From positions 64,001 to 128,000 of the IMG/VR virus record IMGVR_UViG_3300023179_000016: DNA of 64,000 bases. One strand, 5' to 3'. Below the pieces are notes generated by a model. The model saw only the letters and a program-made list of their open reading frames with translations. It was not told where the DNA came from and did no database searches. The DNA is from a virus. The position numbers and the translations under genes were made by a program. Below are positions 49,401 to 58,653 of this stretch, one piece after another; position 1 is the first letter of the stretch, and the number at the start of each line of letters is the position of its first letter.

Positions 49401-50798
49401 ATGAAAATATTCGTATATAATGACTCTATAAAAATTGAAAATCCAACTCAAGACACGTTAAATATTATAAAATCGGATCTTGTTTATAGAGACAAATCTA
49501 AAGATTATCAACTCAGAAAAATGGCAAGAAATCCTTGGCATCGTAATTCTGTCTTATACAAAAAATTACAAAAAGAAGTAGAGGGTGTTCTATATAAAGA
49601 ACAAGACGATGTCATCGTCGTGTCTTCCGCCTTATTCGATGAATATAAATCCATATTCAATGGGTGTCACGTAGAAGATTTAAGAAAAGAGACAGGGTCT
49701 AAGATAAGCCTTCCGTGGACAAACAAGCCATTTGATCTCAGAGATTATCAACGAGAAGCAGTAGATGTGATGATGGTCTCTAATAGAGGCATAATAAATT
49801 ACGCTACCGGTCTAGGAAAGACATTACTGGCGACGCATCTGATAAAGCAATACAAGAGAAAAGCATTAGTAGTTTGTCCAAGTGAATCTGTCGCGAAGCA
49901 GTTCTACGATATTTTAGAAAAATCATTCGGAAAGACAAGAGTAGGCTTTTACGGAGGCGGGAAGAAAAAGATAGAAGATATAACGGTAGGTATTGCCGCA
50001 TCGATATCATTAAATATCCACGAATTCAAGAATAAAGATTTAGGTCTCGTCATAATAGACGAATGCCATCATACTCCAGCAAATACCTTCATGCAGATAG
50101 CAGAAGGTCTTTCACACGTAGGTAAGATGTTCGGTCTAACTGCAACTGATTATAGATCCGACGGCAAAGATCTCTTGATAAAGGCAGGATGCGGGTCTGT
50201 TCTCGTCAAGAGAGATATAAAATGGGGAATCGAGAATGGATGGCTCGCTGAACCTTATTTTATAGTGAGAGAGGTTCTTACTCACGGCAAGGACTATAAA
50301 GACGATAAATTAAAATCATATAAAGAGCACGTGTTGAACAACAACGAGATGAAATCTAGAATCGAATCGGACGCACGGGCGATGATTAGCGCCGGCAAGC
50401 AGGTACTTATCCTTGTAGATGAAGTAGCCCACGGCAAAGAATTATCTAAGAATTTAGGAATACCGTTTGCGACCGGACAAGATAAGAAGTCGCAAGAATA
50501 TGTAGATGCTTTGAATAAAAAGAAGATATCTGCATTGGTAGGAACCTCAGGAAAAGTGGGGGAGGGAACAGACACTAAAAATGTGGATGTGCTTATATTA
50601 GCAGATTTCACGGCCTCTAAGGGTCCTGTAATACAGGCAGTAGGTAGAGCTCTTAGAAAGCAAGATGATAAGACTAAGGCCCTAATATTGGACTATATTC
50701 CTTTAGGATCTTCTATGTTGACTAGACATGCCAAAGGCAGAATTAAGTACTACCAAGAGATAACAGACAAGATTAAGATAATACAGCACAATTCATAG
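49401..50798 (+). CDS. Superfamily 2 DNA helicase (UvsW/Rad25-like)
   Basis: LRDYQ; ATGLGKT; DECHH; GLTAT; QAVGRALR. Confidence 0.9.
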   Translation: MKIFVYNDSIKIENPTQDTLNIIKSDLVYRDKSKDYQLRKMARNPWHRNSVLYKKLQKEVEGVLYKEQDDVIVVSSALFDEYKSIFNGCHVEDLRKETGSKISLPWTNKPFDLRDYQREAVDVMMVSNRGIINYATGLGKTLLATHLIKQYKRKALVVCPSESVAKQFYDILEKSFGKTRVGFYGGGKKKIEDITVGIAASISLNIHEFKNKDLGLVIIDECHHTPANTFMQIAEGLSHVGKMFGLTATDYRSDGKDLLIKAGCGSVLVKRDIKWGIENGWLAEPYFIVREVLTHGKDYKDDKLKSYKEHVLNNNEMKSRIESDARAMISAGKQVLILVDEVAHGKELSKNLGIPFATGQDKKSQEYVDALNKKKISALVGTSGKVGEGTDTKNVDVLILADFTASKGPVIQAVGRALRKQDDKTKALILDYIPLGSSMLTRHAKGRIKYYQEITDKIKIIQHNS

Positions 50799-50811
50799 TA
50801 TAATAGTCTGC

Positions 50812-51351
50812 ATGAGACAGCCCAATAAAGCGTGTATAGATATAATCAAGTCATTTGAAGGTCTTTTTCTTAAGCCTTATCTATGTCCAGCTGGAATACC
50901 AACTATAGGTTACGGCACCATTAGATACCCTGATGGCACATCTGTCTCTTTAAAAGATTCCCCAATATCTGAACAAGATGCAGAAAGATACCTGATGCAT
51001 GAGATAAACGAGAAAGCAAACGGCGTCGAGTCGCTTTTAACTATAAAAGTATCCGACAACGAATTTGGTGCTCTAGTGTCTTTTGCCTACAACCTTGGTC
51101 TAGGTAATCTTAAAAAATCCACTCTATTAAAGATATTAAACGCTGACGCAGACAGACAAAAAATCGGAGATGAATTCTTAAAATGGAATAAGGCTGCCGG
51201 TAAAGAACTATCTGGTCTTACTAGACGTAGACAGGCAGAGAGAGCACTTTTTCTTCAACCAGACACTTCTCCATCTAATTTGCCAGAAGGTCCTTCAGAT
51301 AAAGAGATAGAAGAAAAACTCGAACAGATAGAAAAAGATATAACATCTTAA
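50812..51351 (+). CDS. Lysozyme/endolysin, GH24 family
   Basis: FEGL...YLCPAGIPTIGYG; ALVSFAYNLG; GLTRRRQAERALF. Confidence 0.92.
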   Translation: MRQPNKACIDIIKSFEGLFLKPYLCPAGIPTIGYGTIRYPDGTSVSLKDSPISEQDAERYLMHEINEKANGVESLLTIKVSDNEFGALVSFAYNLGLGNLKKSTLLKILNADADRQKIGDEFLKWNKAAGKELSGLTRRRQAERALFLQPDTSPSNLPEGPSDKEIEEKLEQIEKDITS

Positions 51352-51677
51352 TGCAAAAGATCGGCAATATCTTCATTAATCCATTAGAATTAAATCTGAT
51401 CCCGGGCTTGTTATTAACTAAAGGTCTATATCAAGTCACAATGAGCTCTACATTGATCAGATTAGATGATCCATATTCTTTTGAGACACAAAATTCATCT
51501 TGGCATTCTAGATCAGACATGAATGTAATGTTTGGCGATGATGTGCATAGTGTTGTTTACACTATAAATTCTATAGATGGTTATAGTGGGGTCTATAAGC
51601 ATTTTAGAATGACAAAGTCAGAACTTATACTATTGAATCTAGCCAATAGATTTTTAAACAAGCCTCTTGTTCCTTAA
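51351..51677 (+). CDS. Hypothetical protein
   Basis: 108-aa ORF, TAATG-coupled to the lysozyme gene. Confidence 0.6.
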   Translation: MQKIGNIFINPLELNLIPGLLLTKGLYQVTMSSTLIRLDDPYSFETQNSSWHSRSDMNVMFGDDVHSVVYTINSIDGYSGVYKHFRMTKSELILLNLANRFLNKPLVP

Positions 51678-51698
51678 AAACAAACCAAATCTTCTTGC

Positions 51699-51786
51699 TC
51701 GCGCGCTCTTAGCGCGCGAAGTGTGTGCGAAGCACACACGTAAGCTTAGAGTAAGCTTAGATAAATTTTGTAAGCTTAGAGTAAGC
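51699..51786. repeat. Two tandem hairpins plus 11-bp direct repeats (candidate replication origin)
   Basis: TCGCGCGCT-ctt-AGCGCGCGA (51699-51719); GTGTGTGC-gaa-GCACACAC (51721-51739); GTAAGCTTAGA at 51740, 51751 and 51770, partial at 51781. Confidence 0.85.
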
Positions 51787-51910
51787 AAGTAGTGGGAGTT
51801 TCTTCTATTATGATACCCGCGACAGCACACTTTTTAACTTAGATATAAAAATATTTTTTAACTTCATAAAAATATAAAATCAGTACAATTAGCCAAATTA
51901 GGAGATTTAT

Positions 51911-52432
51911 ATGCTTACCATTAAAAATGAAGAGGCTAAAGATATTGTTAAAAAAATATACGAAGAGACATATAAGATAGAAGTTAAAATTGAAGAGGGC
52001 GGTAAATTACCTTCTAAGGTAAGACAGACTGATGCTGGCTTCGACGTATATTCGACAGAGGATATTTCACTTTACCCAGGTCAATCTGGAAAAACGCCAT
52101 TAAATATAAGACTTAAATTACCAAAATCTACCTATGCAGAGATCACTACTAAATCTGGTTTAGGCTCAAGAGGTCATTCAGTCAGAGCTGGCATAATAGA
52201 TGAAGAATATAGAGGCGTAGTTCACGTCATTCATTCTAATGTGAGCCTATTTGATGGTACAGACTATCCATATTCGATGAATCAGCAGCCGCTTCTAATA
52301 AAGAAAGGCGAGAAAATAGCTCAGATGATAATTCATCCCTATAGTTCTAACTATTATATAGAAGAAGTCACTGAACTTGACACCGCTACGTCGCGAGGAG
52401 AAGGCGGCTTTGGCAGTACAGGTAGTCACTAA
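51911..52432 (+). CDS. dut: Trimeric dUTPase
   Basis: AGFDV; KSG; GIIDEEYRG; IAQMI; RGEGGFGSTG; AGGAG RBS. Confidence 0.92.
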   Translation: MLTIKNEEAKDIVKKIYEETYKIEVKIEEGGKLPSKVRQTDAGFDVYSTEDISLYPGQSGKTPLNIRLKLPKSTYAEITTKSGLGSRGHSVRAGIIDEEYRGVVHVIHSNVSLFDGTDYPYSMNQQPLLIKKGEKIAQMIIHPYSSNYYIEEVTELDTATSRGEGGFGSTGSH

Positions 52433-52460
52433 TATTCTGTGAACTAAGTACAATTAGTAC

Positions 52461-53228
52461 ATGAAATTAGATAATCTATCAAGTCTCTTCAATACCACGA
52501 TAAGAATACAAGAGAGATCGCCTCTCAGCCAAGATGCTATATGGCCAGCTAATATAGAGATCTGTCTGACCCGCGTACCTATAAGAAAGAGAGACGGATG
52601 GGACCCGGAAGAATTCACTAAATTTGCCAAAAAACTTAAGACAAATATGGTGACAAATGGAGTTGTATTCTTGATATGCTATGCTCCAATAGAGGCCAAA
52701 TGGCGCCCATTTGAGATAGCAAAGATAATGGTCGATGCAGGATTCAATCATGTCGACAATATCGTAATCAAAAAGACCTGGTTTCCTGGAAAAAGATCTG
52801 AGACTAACCTAGTAAACTCTCACGAGTATGTTCTGCATTTTTGCAATGGGAGTGTTTGGAAATTAGATCGTCTTCCTGTTAGACAGTATCTAGACATCGA
52901 CGACGATCTGTCGTGCCCCGGAAACACGTGGGAAGTAGAGACCGGTTCACTAGATGAATCTTATCCAGTAGATCTCGCGGAGCTCCTTATAAGGATGACT
53001 AATTGCTTGCCAGGTTCAGTTGTCTTTGATCCATATGGAGGGGGAACTGGCGCATTAAAGGCCGCCCTTAAATTAGGACATAGTTTTTTTGGATTTGAGA
53101 CAGACAAGAAGCAATTAAAAAAATACGAAAAGATAGTAGAAAGCTTTAACGACAGAAAGAAAAACAACAAAAAGAGAATTAACACGGTCTTGAAACAAAA
53201 AGACTTAATGGACGATGACGATATTTGA
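52461..53228 (+). CDS. Beta-class N4/N6 DNA methyltransferase-like protein with a degenerate catalytic motif
   Basis: HEYVLHF; YPVDLAELLI; VVFDPYGGGTG; FFGFE; the SPPY/DPPY position reads RVPI. Confidence 0.75.
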   Translation: MKLDNLSSLFNTTIRIQERSPLSQDAIWPANIEICLTRVPIRKRDGWDPEEFTKFAKKLKTNMVTNGVVFLICYAPIEAKWRPFEIAKIMVDAGFNHVDNIVIKKTWFPGKRSETNLVNSHEYVLHFCNGSVWKLDRLPVRQYLDIDDDLSCPGNTWEVETGSLDESYPVDLAELLIRMTNCLPGSVVFDPYGGGTGALKAALKLGHSFFGFETDKKQLKKYEKIVESFNDRKKNNKKRINTVLKQKDLMDDDDI

Positions 53229-53236
53229 GGTTAAAT

Positions 53237-54964
53237 ATGTTATATGAAAAATCCAAGGCCAAAAGAATACTAGTAGATAAGAATAAAGTTAGGAGCATAG
53301 TTCATTCCACAATAAATGATATGGCGACTATTGTGGGAGCTACTCTAGGTCCAGGTGGAAATCCTGTCTTGATCGAGAGAGACGGTCTATCTCCATTAAT
53401 AACAAAAGATGGGGTCACTGTAGCTAAATCTTTAGGTGTGGACAACGCAGAGGCCAATATCATAGTAGATGCGGCAAAAGAGATATGTCTCAAGACTGCC
53501 AAAGAAGCCGGCGATGGCACAACTACTGCTATTGTTCTAGCTAATAGCATAACTAAGCATGGCTCGCTGTTCTTAGAAAAAAACCCAAAATATAATCCCC
53601 AGCGGATGATAACCGAACTGCAGGATCTTTATAAAACTATAATTGTGCCCTATCTAAAAGATAAGGCTAGAGTAGTAGATAGCAGACACGAATTAATTAA
53701 TGTGGCAAAGATCTCTGCCAATGGCGATCAAAGAATTGCAGAGGCGGCAGTAGATGCTGTTCTAGCAGCAGGGGACGATGGACATGTCTTGATCGAAGAG
53801 GCTCAAGGTGATCAGTTAAGAGTTGAAACTATGGACGGTTTCATAGTGACTACTGGCCTAAGAGATATCGGCTCTGTCGGTCGAGTATTCATAAATGACA
53901 GGGCAAATCAGCAAGTCAAGATGGATAGAGGGCTTGTCTTTCTATTTGATGGCTCTTTAAACGACTTAAAGATTCCAAGCGCTATACAGCAAGCCGTAGA
54001 GGGAACAGAACTGTACGGTCTACCCATAATGGTTTTTGCTCATGGATTTGCCGATGTCGTAACAGATGCATTTGCTAAAACTACTAAAGGCGGCTATACC
54101 GTAGTTCCAGTCAAAACTCCTATGAGTGGAATAGCCAACTCTAGATCTTCATTCTTGTTAGATATGGCGGCATATACCGGAGCAACGGTGTTTGATCCAG
54201 GATCTGTAGATAAATTTATAGAAGACGAGGATCATGTAGGATTTGGTTTTTTCAATTCTGCAAAGGTAGGCATGTACGAATCTGTTGTTCAATCTGAATC
54301 AAATACAGATGTTTTAGATGCCAGAATAAATGAACTTAAGCACCTGATGGAGGTTAGTCCGAGTGATTTTGATAAGATGCATATCAAGGCCTCTATCGGT
54401 AAATTAACAGGCGGAATATCGACTGTGTGGGTCGGCGGTGGATCAGAATTAGAAGCAAGAGAAAAAAGAGATAGAGTAGAGGATGCGGTAGAAGCTGTTA
54501 AATCTGCAATTGCAGAGGGCATAGTTCCAGGTGGATGTGCGGTTCAATTAACGCTATCTTGGATCATAGCGACCCACCCTAATAAAAAACCTTCCTGGGA
54601 AATAATGGCTCTAGCTTTAACAGAACCATTTAATCTATTGCTTAATAATTGCGGTGAAACCGTAGATGAGGTGTGGCCTCATTTAAAAGAGCATATACAG
54701 GATTGCGCCGCAAGCAATCTCTTACCTAAGATGGTATTTGACGCCAATCAGCATACCATAGTTGATCCTATGGTGAGCGGAATTGTAGAACCAGCTAAAG
54801 TATGTAGAGTTACAATTGGTAATGCTTTATCTGTCGCCTCATTATTGGTAACATTAGGTGGTATTGTAGTAGTACCAAGAGATTCTGCACTAGAAAATCA
54901 ATTGGCTCTTAGTAAACAGGCCTTTAAAGATATGATGACTGGTGCAGGCGTTGGAGCAGAATAA
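53237..54964 (+). CDS. groEL: GroEL-like (Cpn60) chaperonin
   Basis: TLGPGG; ITKDGVTVAK; AGDGTTTA; DRVEDA; EGIVPGGG-like EGIVPGG; GAGG RBS before ATG 53237. Confidence 0.92.
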   Translation: MLYEKSKAKRILVDKNKVRSIVHSTINDMATIVGATLGPGGNPVLIERDGLSPLITKDGVTVAKSLGVDNAEANIIVDAAKEICLKTAKEAGDGTTTAIVLANSITKHGSLFLEKNPKYNPQRMITELQDLYKTIIVPYLKDKARVVDSRHELINVAKISANGDQRIAEAAVDAVLAAGDDGHVLIEEAQGDQLRVETMDGFIVTTGLRDIGSVGRVFINDRANQQVKMDRGLVFLFDGSLNDLKIPSAIQQAVEGTELYGLPIMVFAHGFADVVTDAFAKTTKGGYTVVPVKTPMSGIANSRSSFLLDMAAYTGATVFDPGSVDKFIEDEDHVGFGFFNSAKVGMYESVVQSESNTDVLDARINELKHLMEVSPSDFDKMHIKASIGKLTGGISTVWVGGGSELEAREKRDRVEDAVEAVKSAIAEGIVPGGCAVQLTLSWIIATHPNKKPSWEIMALALTEPFNLLLNNCGETVDEVWPHLKEHIQDCAASNLLPKMVFDANQHTIVDPMVSGIVEPAKVCRVTIGNALSVASLLVTLGGIVVVPRDSALENQLALSKQAFKDMMTGAGVGAE

Positions 54965-55665
54965 TGGACATCAAGTCTCTATTAGAAAAAGAACCAATTA
55001 GATACGTTTTGTTTCTTATAGTAGGAATAACTATAGGAACGATTTTTTATCCAACAAAGAGCATAGAAGAAACGCTTAATCAAAAGCATCAACAGGAAAT
55101 TGCTCAACTTAAGCAAACTTTTTCTACTGAGAAAAAATCACTAAACGAACAAATAGATTCTATTAATTCACAGTTTTCTTCTTACAAGAAAGAAACAGAT
55201 ATTCAACTTACAAAAAATGTAAATGAAATAAAAGACTTAAAAAGAAAGCAAAAAACTTCATATTTTAAAATAATTAAGCCGGATGGAACCATAGAGATAA
55301 AGAAATTTTCTGAGTCTGAAGAGACTGAATCTCAGAGAGTTGTTGAGCAGGTTCAACAAGAATTTAAGATTAAATTAACTCAAATAGAGCAAAAATGGGA
55401 ACAAGTGCATAGAGACAGAGTTGAACAGTTAGATAAATCGTTCAAACAAAAAGAAAGTAATTACATAAAAACCATAGAAGAATTAGAAAAGTCTAAGACT
55501 ATTCTAATAAATTCTAAAAAATTTACAGTTGAGGCTGGCATTATGACTAATAAAGACTATTATGGCCACGCTACAATGGATGTCTGGGGACCAATGGTTT
55601 TAGGAATACATGGTCAATTTAATGTAAATAATGCCATGGGAGCAGGCATAGGTATCAGATTCTAA
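54964..55665 (+). CDS. Membrane-anchored coiled-coil protein with C-terminal amphipathic beta-strands (spanin-like candidate)
   Basis: YVLFLIVGITIGTIFY hydrophobic segment; long charged helix; ends GAGIGIRF. Confidence 0.55.
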   Translation: MDIKSLLEKEPIRYVLFLIVGITIGTIFYPTKSIEETLNQKHQQEIAQLKQTFSTEKKSLNEQIDSINSQFSSYKKETDIQLTKNVNEIKDLKRKQKTSYFKIIKPDGTIEIKKFSESEETESQRVVEQVQQEFKIKLTQIEQKWEQVHRDRVEQLDKSFKQKESNYIKTIEELEKSKTILINSKKFTVEAGIMTNKDYYGHATMDVWGPMVLGIHGQFNVNNAMGAGIGIRF

Positions 55666-56012
55666 TGCCAAAATATTATTTTTTCTGTGAAAAGTGTGAT
55701 ATTAAGGTGCATAGATATGTGGCATCTAGTGTATTAAGTACTGTTTGTACTTGTGGCAATAAGACTACCCGTTTGCTCCCTAAAATAGACGGACAGACTG
55801 AAGTCCGCGAGATAGTTGATCCTTATCTAAATAAGACGCATCAAAAGGATCAAAAAGAAATATTAGATGAACGTAGAGAGCAATACTATTGGGAAATAGA
55901 AGTGCCCAGATTGATAGAAAAATACTCTTTAGAGACATGTTTAGAACAAAAATGGCTTGTCTATAACGACAAGGGCGAATTAGTAATAAACAAAGCTCCG
56001 TCAAAACGCTAG
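55665..56012 (+). CDS. FmdB-like zinc-ribbon protein
   Basis: MPKYYFFCEKC...CTCG. Confidence 0.65.
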   Translation: MPKYYFFCEKCDIKVHRYVASSVLSTVCTCGNKTTRLLPKIDGQTEVREIVDPYLNKTHQKDQKEILDERREQYYWEIEVPRLIEKYSLETCLEQKWLVYNDKGELVINKAPSKR

Positions 56013-56024
56013 TATAAAAATACT

Positions 56025-57737
56025 ATGCAAATAATATCTGTAAATATAGAAAATATTTTAAGTTTTGAGAAGGCTTCTTTGTCTTTTGAAGACAAGGGAC
56101 TATGTTTAGTAGAGGGGTGGAATTTTGACGCCGAGAGATCCAATGGCGCAGGGAAATCTGCTATATTTAATTGCATAAGTTTTGCCCTATATGACAAGTT
56201 TCCAAGAAAAATCACTGCTACAGAAATTTTAAGAAGAGACACTAAGAAAGGTCAAGTCACTGTAAAAATTCTATGTGGCGAAGACGAATGGACCATAATT
56301 AGAAAAAGACCAAAAGAAGTTAAATTCTATAAAAACAATATAGAGCAGACCCTTACTCAAAGCGAATTCGAGTCTCTAATCGGATTAAACTATGATCAGT
56401 TTATCATTACAGTTTATAATAGTCAAAATGTTGGAAATAATATTAGATTTTTAAACTGCTCGGATTCCGATAAGAAAGGTTTTCTTTTAAAGCTACTTAA
56501 TTTAGAAAAACTTGATCTTTACAAAAAGAACTCAGACTTAAAATTTAAAGAATTAAGCTCGCAGATAGAAGAACACACCAATAAGATATCTAATCTAAAT
56601 GCAAAAATAGATGCTTACAGGGAATCTCTAATAGATGAGAATGAAGTCAATATTAACATTGTTGAGATTAAACAAAAAATAGAAGATTTAAACTCTAAAC
56701 TGATTCAGTTAAGTCTAGTTGAAAAACCAGATATTGATAAATTTTATAAATTAGAGGAAGACATTAAAAACAAGATTCTAGTGATAAATAAGGTCAAATA
56801 TAAAAGAGAACTGTTGTTTAACGAATATCAAAAGATCGACAATACTGCAATAGAAAAAACTTGCATGCATTGCGGCAATACTATTAGTGCAGATACTGTT
56901 GAACTACATAAAGAAGAAAAAGATAGAACTTTACAATCTATAAAGAAACAATTAGATCAATACGATTCTGACTGCGTCAAGGAAAATGAACTAAATGACT
57001 TACTATCCAAGATAAAACTAAAGAAAAACTCCAGTACTGCAGAATACGATAAGGCTAAAGAGCAAAGTTTAGATATTAAAAATATTATAAATATTTATAA
57101 TTCGGAGTTGAATAGTTTAAATTTAAAACTTAAAAATAATTCAATATATTTAAACAAGATCAATGATTTAGTCAATTCATGTAACAACATGTCGACATTG
57201 GTTGATGAAAATAAGCGCGAATTAGAGTTTTATAAAACCATATCCAACATTTACTCCTCTACCGGAGCGCAAGCCTATATCCTTGATTCTATTATAGATT
57301 ACTTCAACGAGAGTGTCCAAAAATATATGCAAATATTGTGGCCTAATATGGATTACACTTTAAATTCTTATAAGGAAACCTTAAAGGGCGAAACTGTTGC
57401 AAAGTTTTCAGAAACACTGACTATGGATGGTAAGCAGATCTCTATAGGAAGTCTGTCCGGTGGCGAATATCGAGCTGTGTCCTTGTGCATCGATTTTGCT
57501 TTATTAGACGTAATAAATAATCAATTTAATATTAATATCAACCCAATTATATTAGATGAACCTTTTGATGGATTAGACTCGGCAGGGAAAGAGATAGTAA
57601 TTTCTCTATTAGAGGGAACAGCTAAAGATCGTCAAATACTTGTAGTAGATCATGCTAGTGAGTCTAAGTTATTGTTTTCTAAAGTAATAAGCGTTGAAAA
57701 GAAAAATGGCATATCTTCTATTAAACTAGAAGTATGA
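56025..57737 (+). CDS. SbcC/Rad50/gp46-like ATPase
   Basis: Walker A SNGAGKS; zinc hook CMHC; LSGGE; IILDEPF; VVDH. Confidence 0.92.
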   Translation: MQIISVNIENILSFEKASLSFEDKGLCLVEGWNFDAERSNGAGKSAIFNCISFALYDKFPRKITATEILRRDTKKGQVTVKILCGEDEWTIIRKRPKEVKFYKNNIEQTLTQSEFESLIGLNYDQFIITVYNSQNVGNNIRFLNCSDSDKKGFLLKLLNLEKLDLYKKNSDLKFKELSSQIEEHTNKISNLNAKIDAYRESLIDENEVNINIVEIKQKIEDLNSKLIQLSLVEKPDIDKFYKLEEDIKNKILVINKVKYKRELLFNEYQKIDNTAIEKTCMHCGNTISADTVELHKEEKDRTLQSIKKQLDQYDSDCVKENELNDLLSKIKLKKNSSTAEYDKAKEQSLDIKNIINIYNSELNSLNLKLKNNSIYLNKINDLVNSCNNMSTLVDENKRELEFYKTISNIYSSTGAQAYILDSIIDYFNESVQKYMQILWPNMDYTLNSYKETLKGETVAKFSETLTMDGKQISIGSLSGGEYRAVSLCIDFALLDVINNQFNININPIILDEPFDGLDSAGKEIVISLLEGTAKDRQILVVDHASESKLLFSKVISVEKKNGISSIKLEV

Positions 57738-57743
57738 TAGTAT

Positions 57744-58049
57744 ATGTATATGGATCAGATGCAAGATAAAATTGATGAACTGATAAAGGCATTAAAACAG
57801 TCTAAGAATATCATTTCTCCTGCTCCTCTTGCCACGATTCCAGCCTTAAAACCTATTAAGGCACCATCTATGGTCGTATCCAGCACTTCTAATCCTAAAT
57901 TGCCAGCGCCGGCGCCTGATGCTAAAAAAGACCCAAAAAAAATTGCTCAACAAATAAGAGATGGCGCCATGTCTACAAAGACGCAAAAAATAATGTTAAA
58001 GAGTGAAACATTACACATTTCACCCAATGGGCAATGGACCTTAATATAA
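57744..58049 (+). CDS. Pro-rich hypothetical protein
   Basis: 101-aa ORF with LIKA, MLKS and C-terminal NGQW. Confidence 0.65.
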   Translation: MYMDQMQDKIDELIKALKQSKNIISPAPLATIPALKPIKAPSMVVSSTSNPKLPAPAPDAKKDPKKIAQQIRDGAMSTKTQKIMLKSETLHISPNGQWTLI

Positions 58050-58090
58050 AAACATAAATTTATATTTTTAAAATAAGGTATCATCAATAG

Positions 58091-58645
58091 ATGAAGAAAA
58101 AACCTTCTTTTAATCAAGAGATGGCTATACGTGGAGCCAATAGAAGGCTTTTTGCCAGAAGCCCGCTAGTGATACAAAAATTAGAGCAGTCTAGACAAGA
58201 ATTTCCTAGATTTAAAAAAGATGGATCTAGGCATAAAAAAAATTGGGTCAAAAGACAGTGTGAAGTTTGTCAAGAATGGGTCAGCAGCTCAAAGATAGCT
58301 GTTGACCATATTGATCCAGTTGTTCCACCCGAAGGATTCCCCGTAGAATTTGATATGTGGGATAGGATAACTCTTTTTCTTAAAAGACTCTGGTGCGATA
58401 TTTCAAATCTTCAGAGAATTTGTAGCGAATGCCATGATAAAAAAACCTACAAAGAGCGAATAGATAGATTGTCTAAAAAATACATAGATGAGCTTAACAT
58501 AATCGAAATAGAATTAAAGTCAAATAAAAAACAATATTTAGATTTTAAGAAACAAATCAAAAAATATCTTGCAAAAAAGAAAATAGTTGGTTTAGAACCT
58601 GTGGTACAAAAGGCATTGGCGATCAAAAATAATTTTGAAAAATAG
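58091..58645 (+). CDS. HNH endonuclease
   Basis: CEVC...VDHIDP...NLQRICSECH. Confidence 0.85.
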   Translation: MKKKPSFNQEMAIRGANRRLFARSPLVIQKLEQSRQEFPRFKKDGSRHKKNWVKRQCEVCQEWVSSSKIAVDHIDPVVPPEGFPVEFDMWDRITLFLKRLWCDISNLQRICSECHDKKTYKERIDRLSKKYIDELNIIEIELKSNKKQYLDFKKQIKKYLAKKKIVGLEPVVQKALAIKNNFEK

Positions 58646-58653
58646 GAGAAAAT

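Noticed and set aside
51351-51677. ORF after the lysozyme as a holin
   Set aside because: No convincing transmembrane segment.
51740-51786. GTAAGCTTAGA repeats as a CRISPR array
   Set aside because: Repeats are only 11 bp, mostly adjacent, with no unique spacers and no cas genes.
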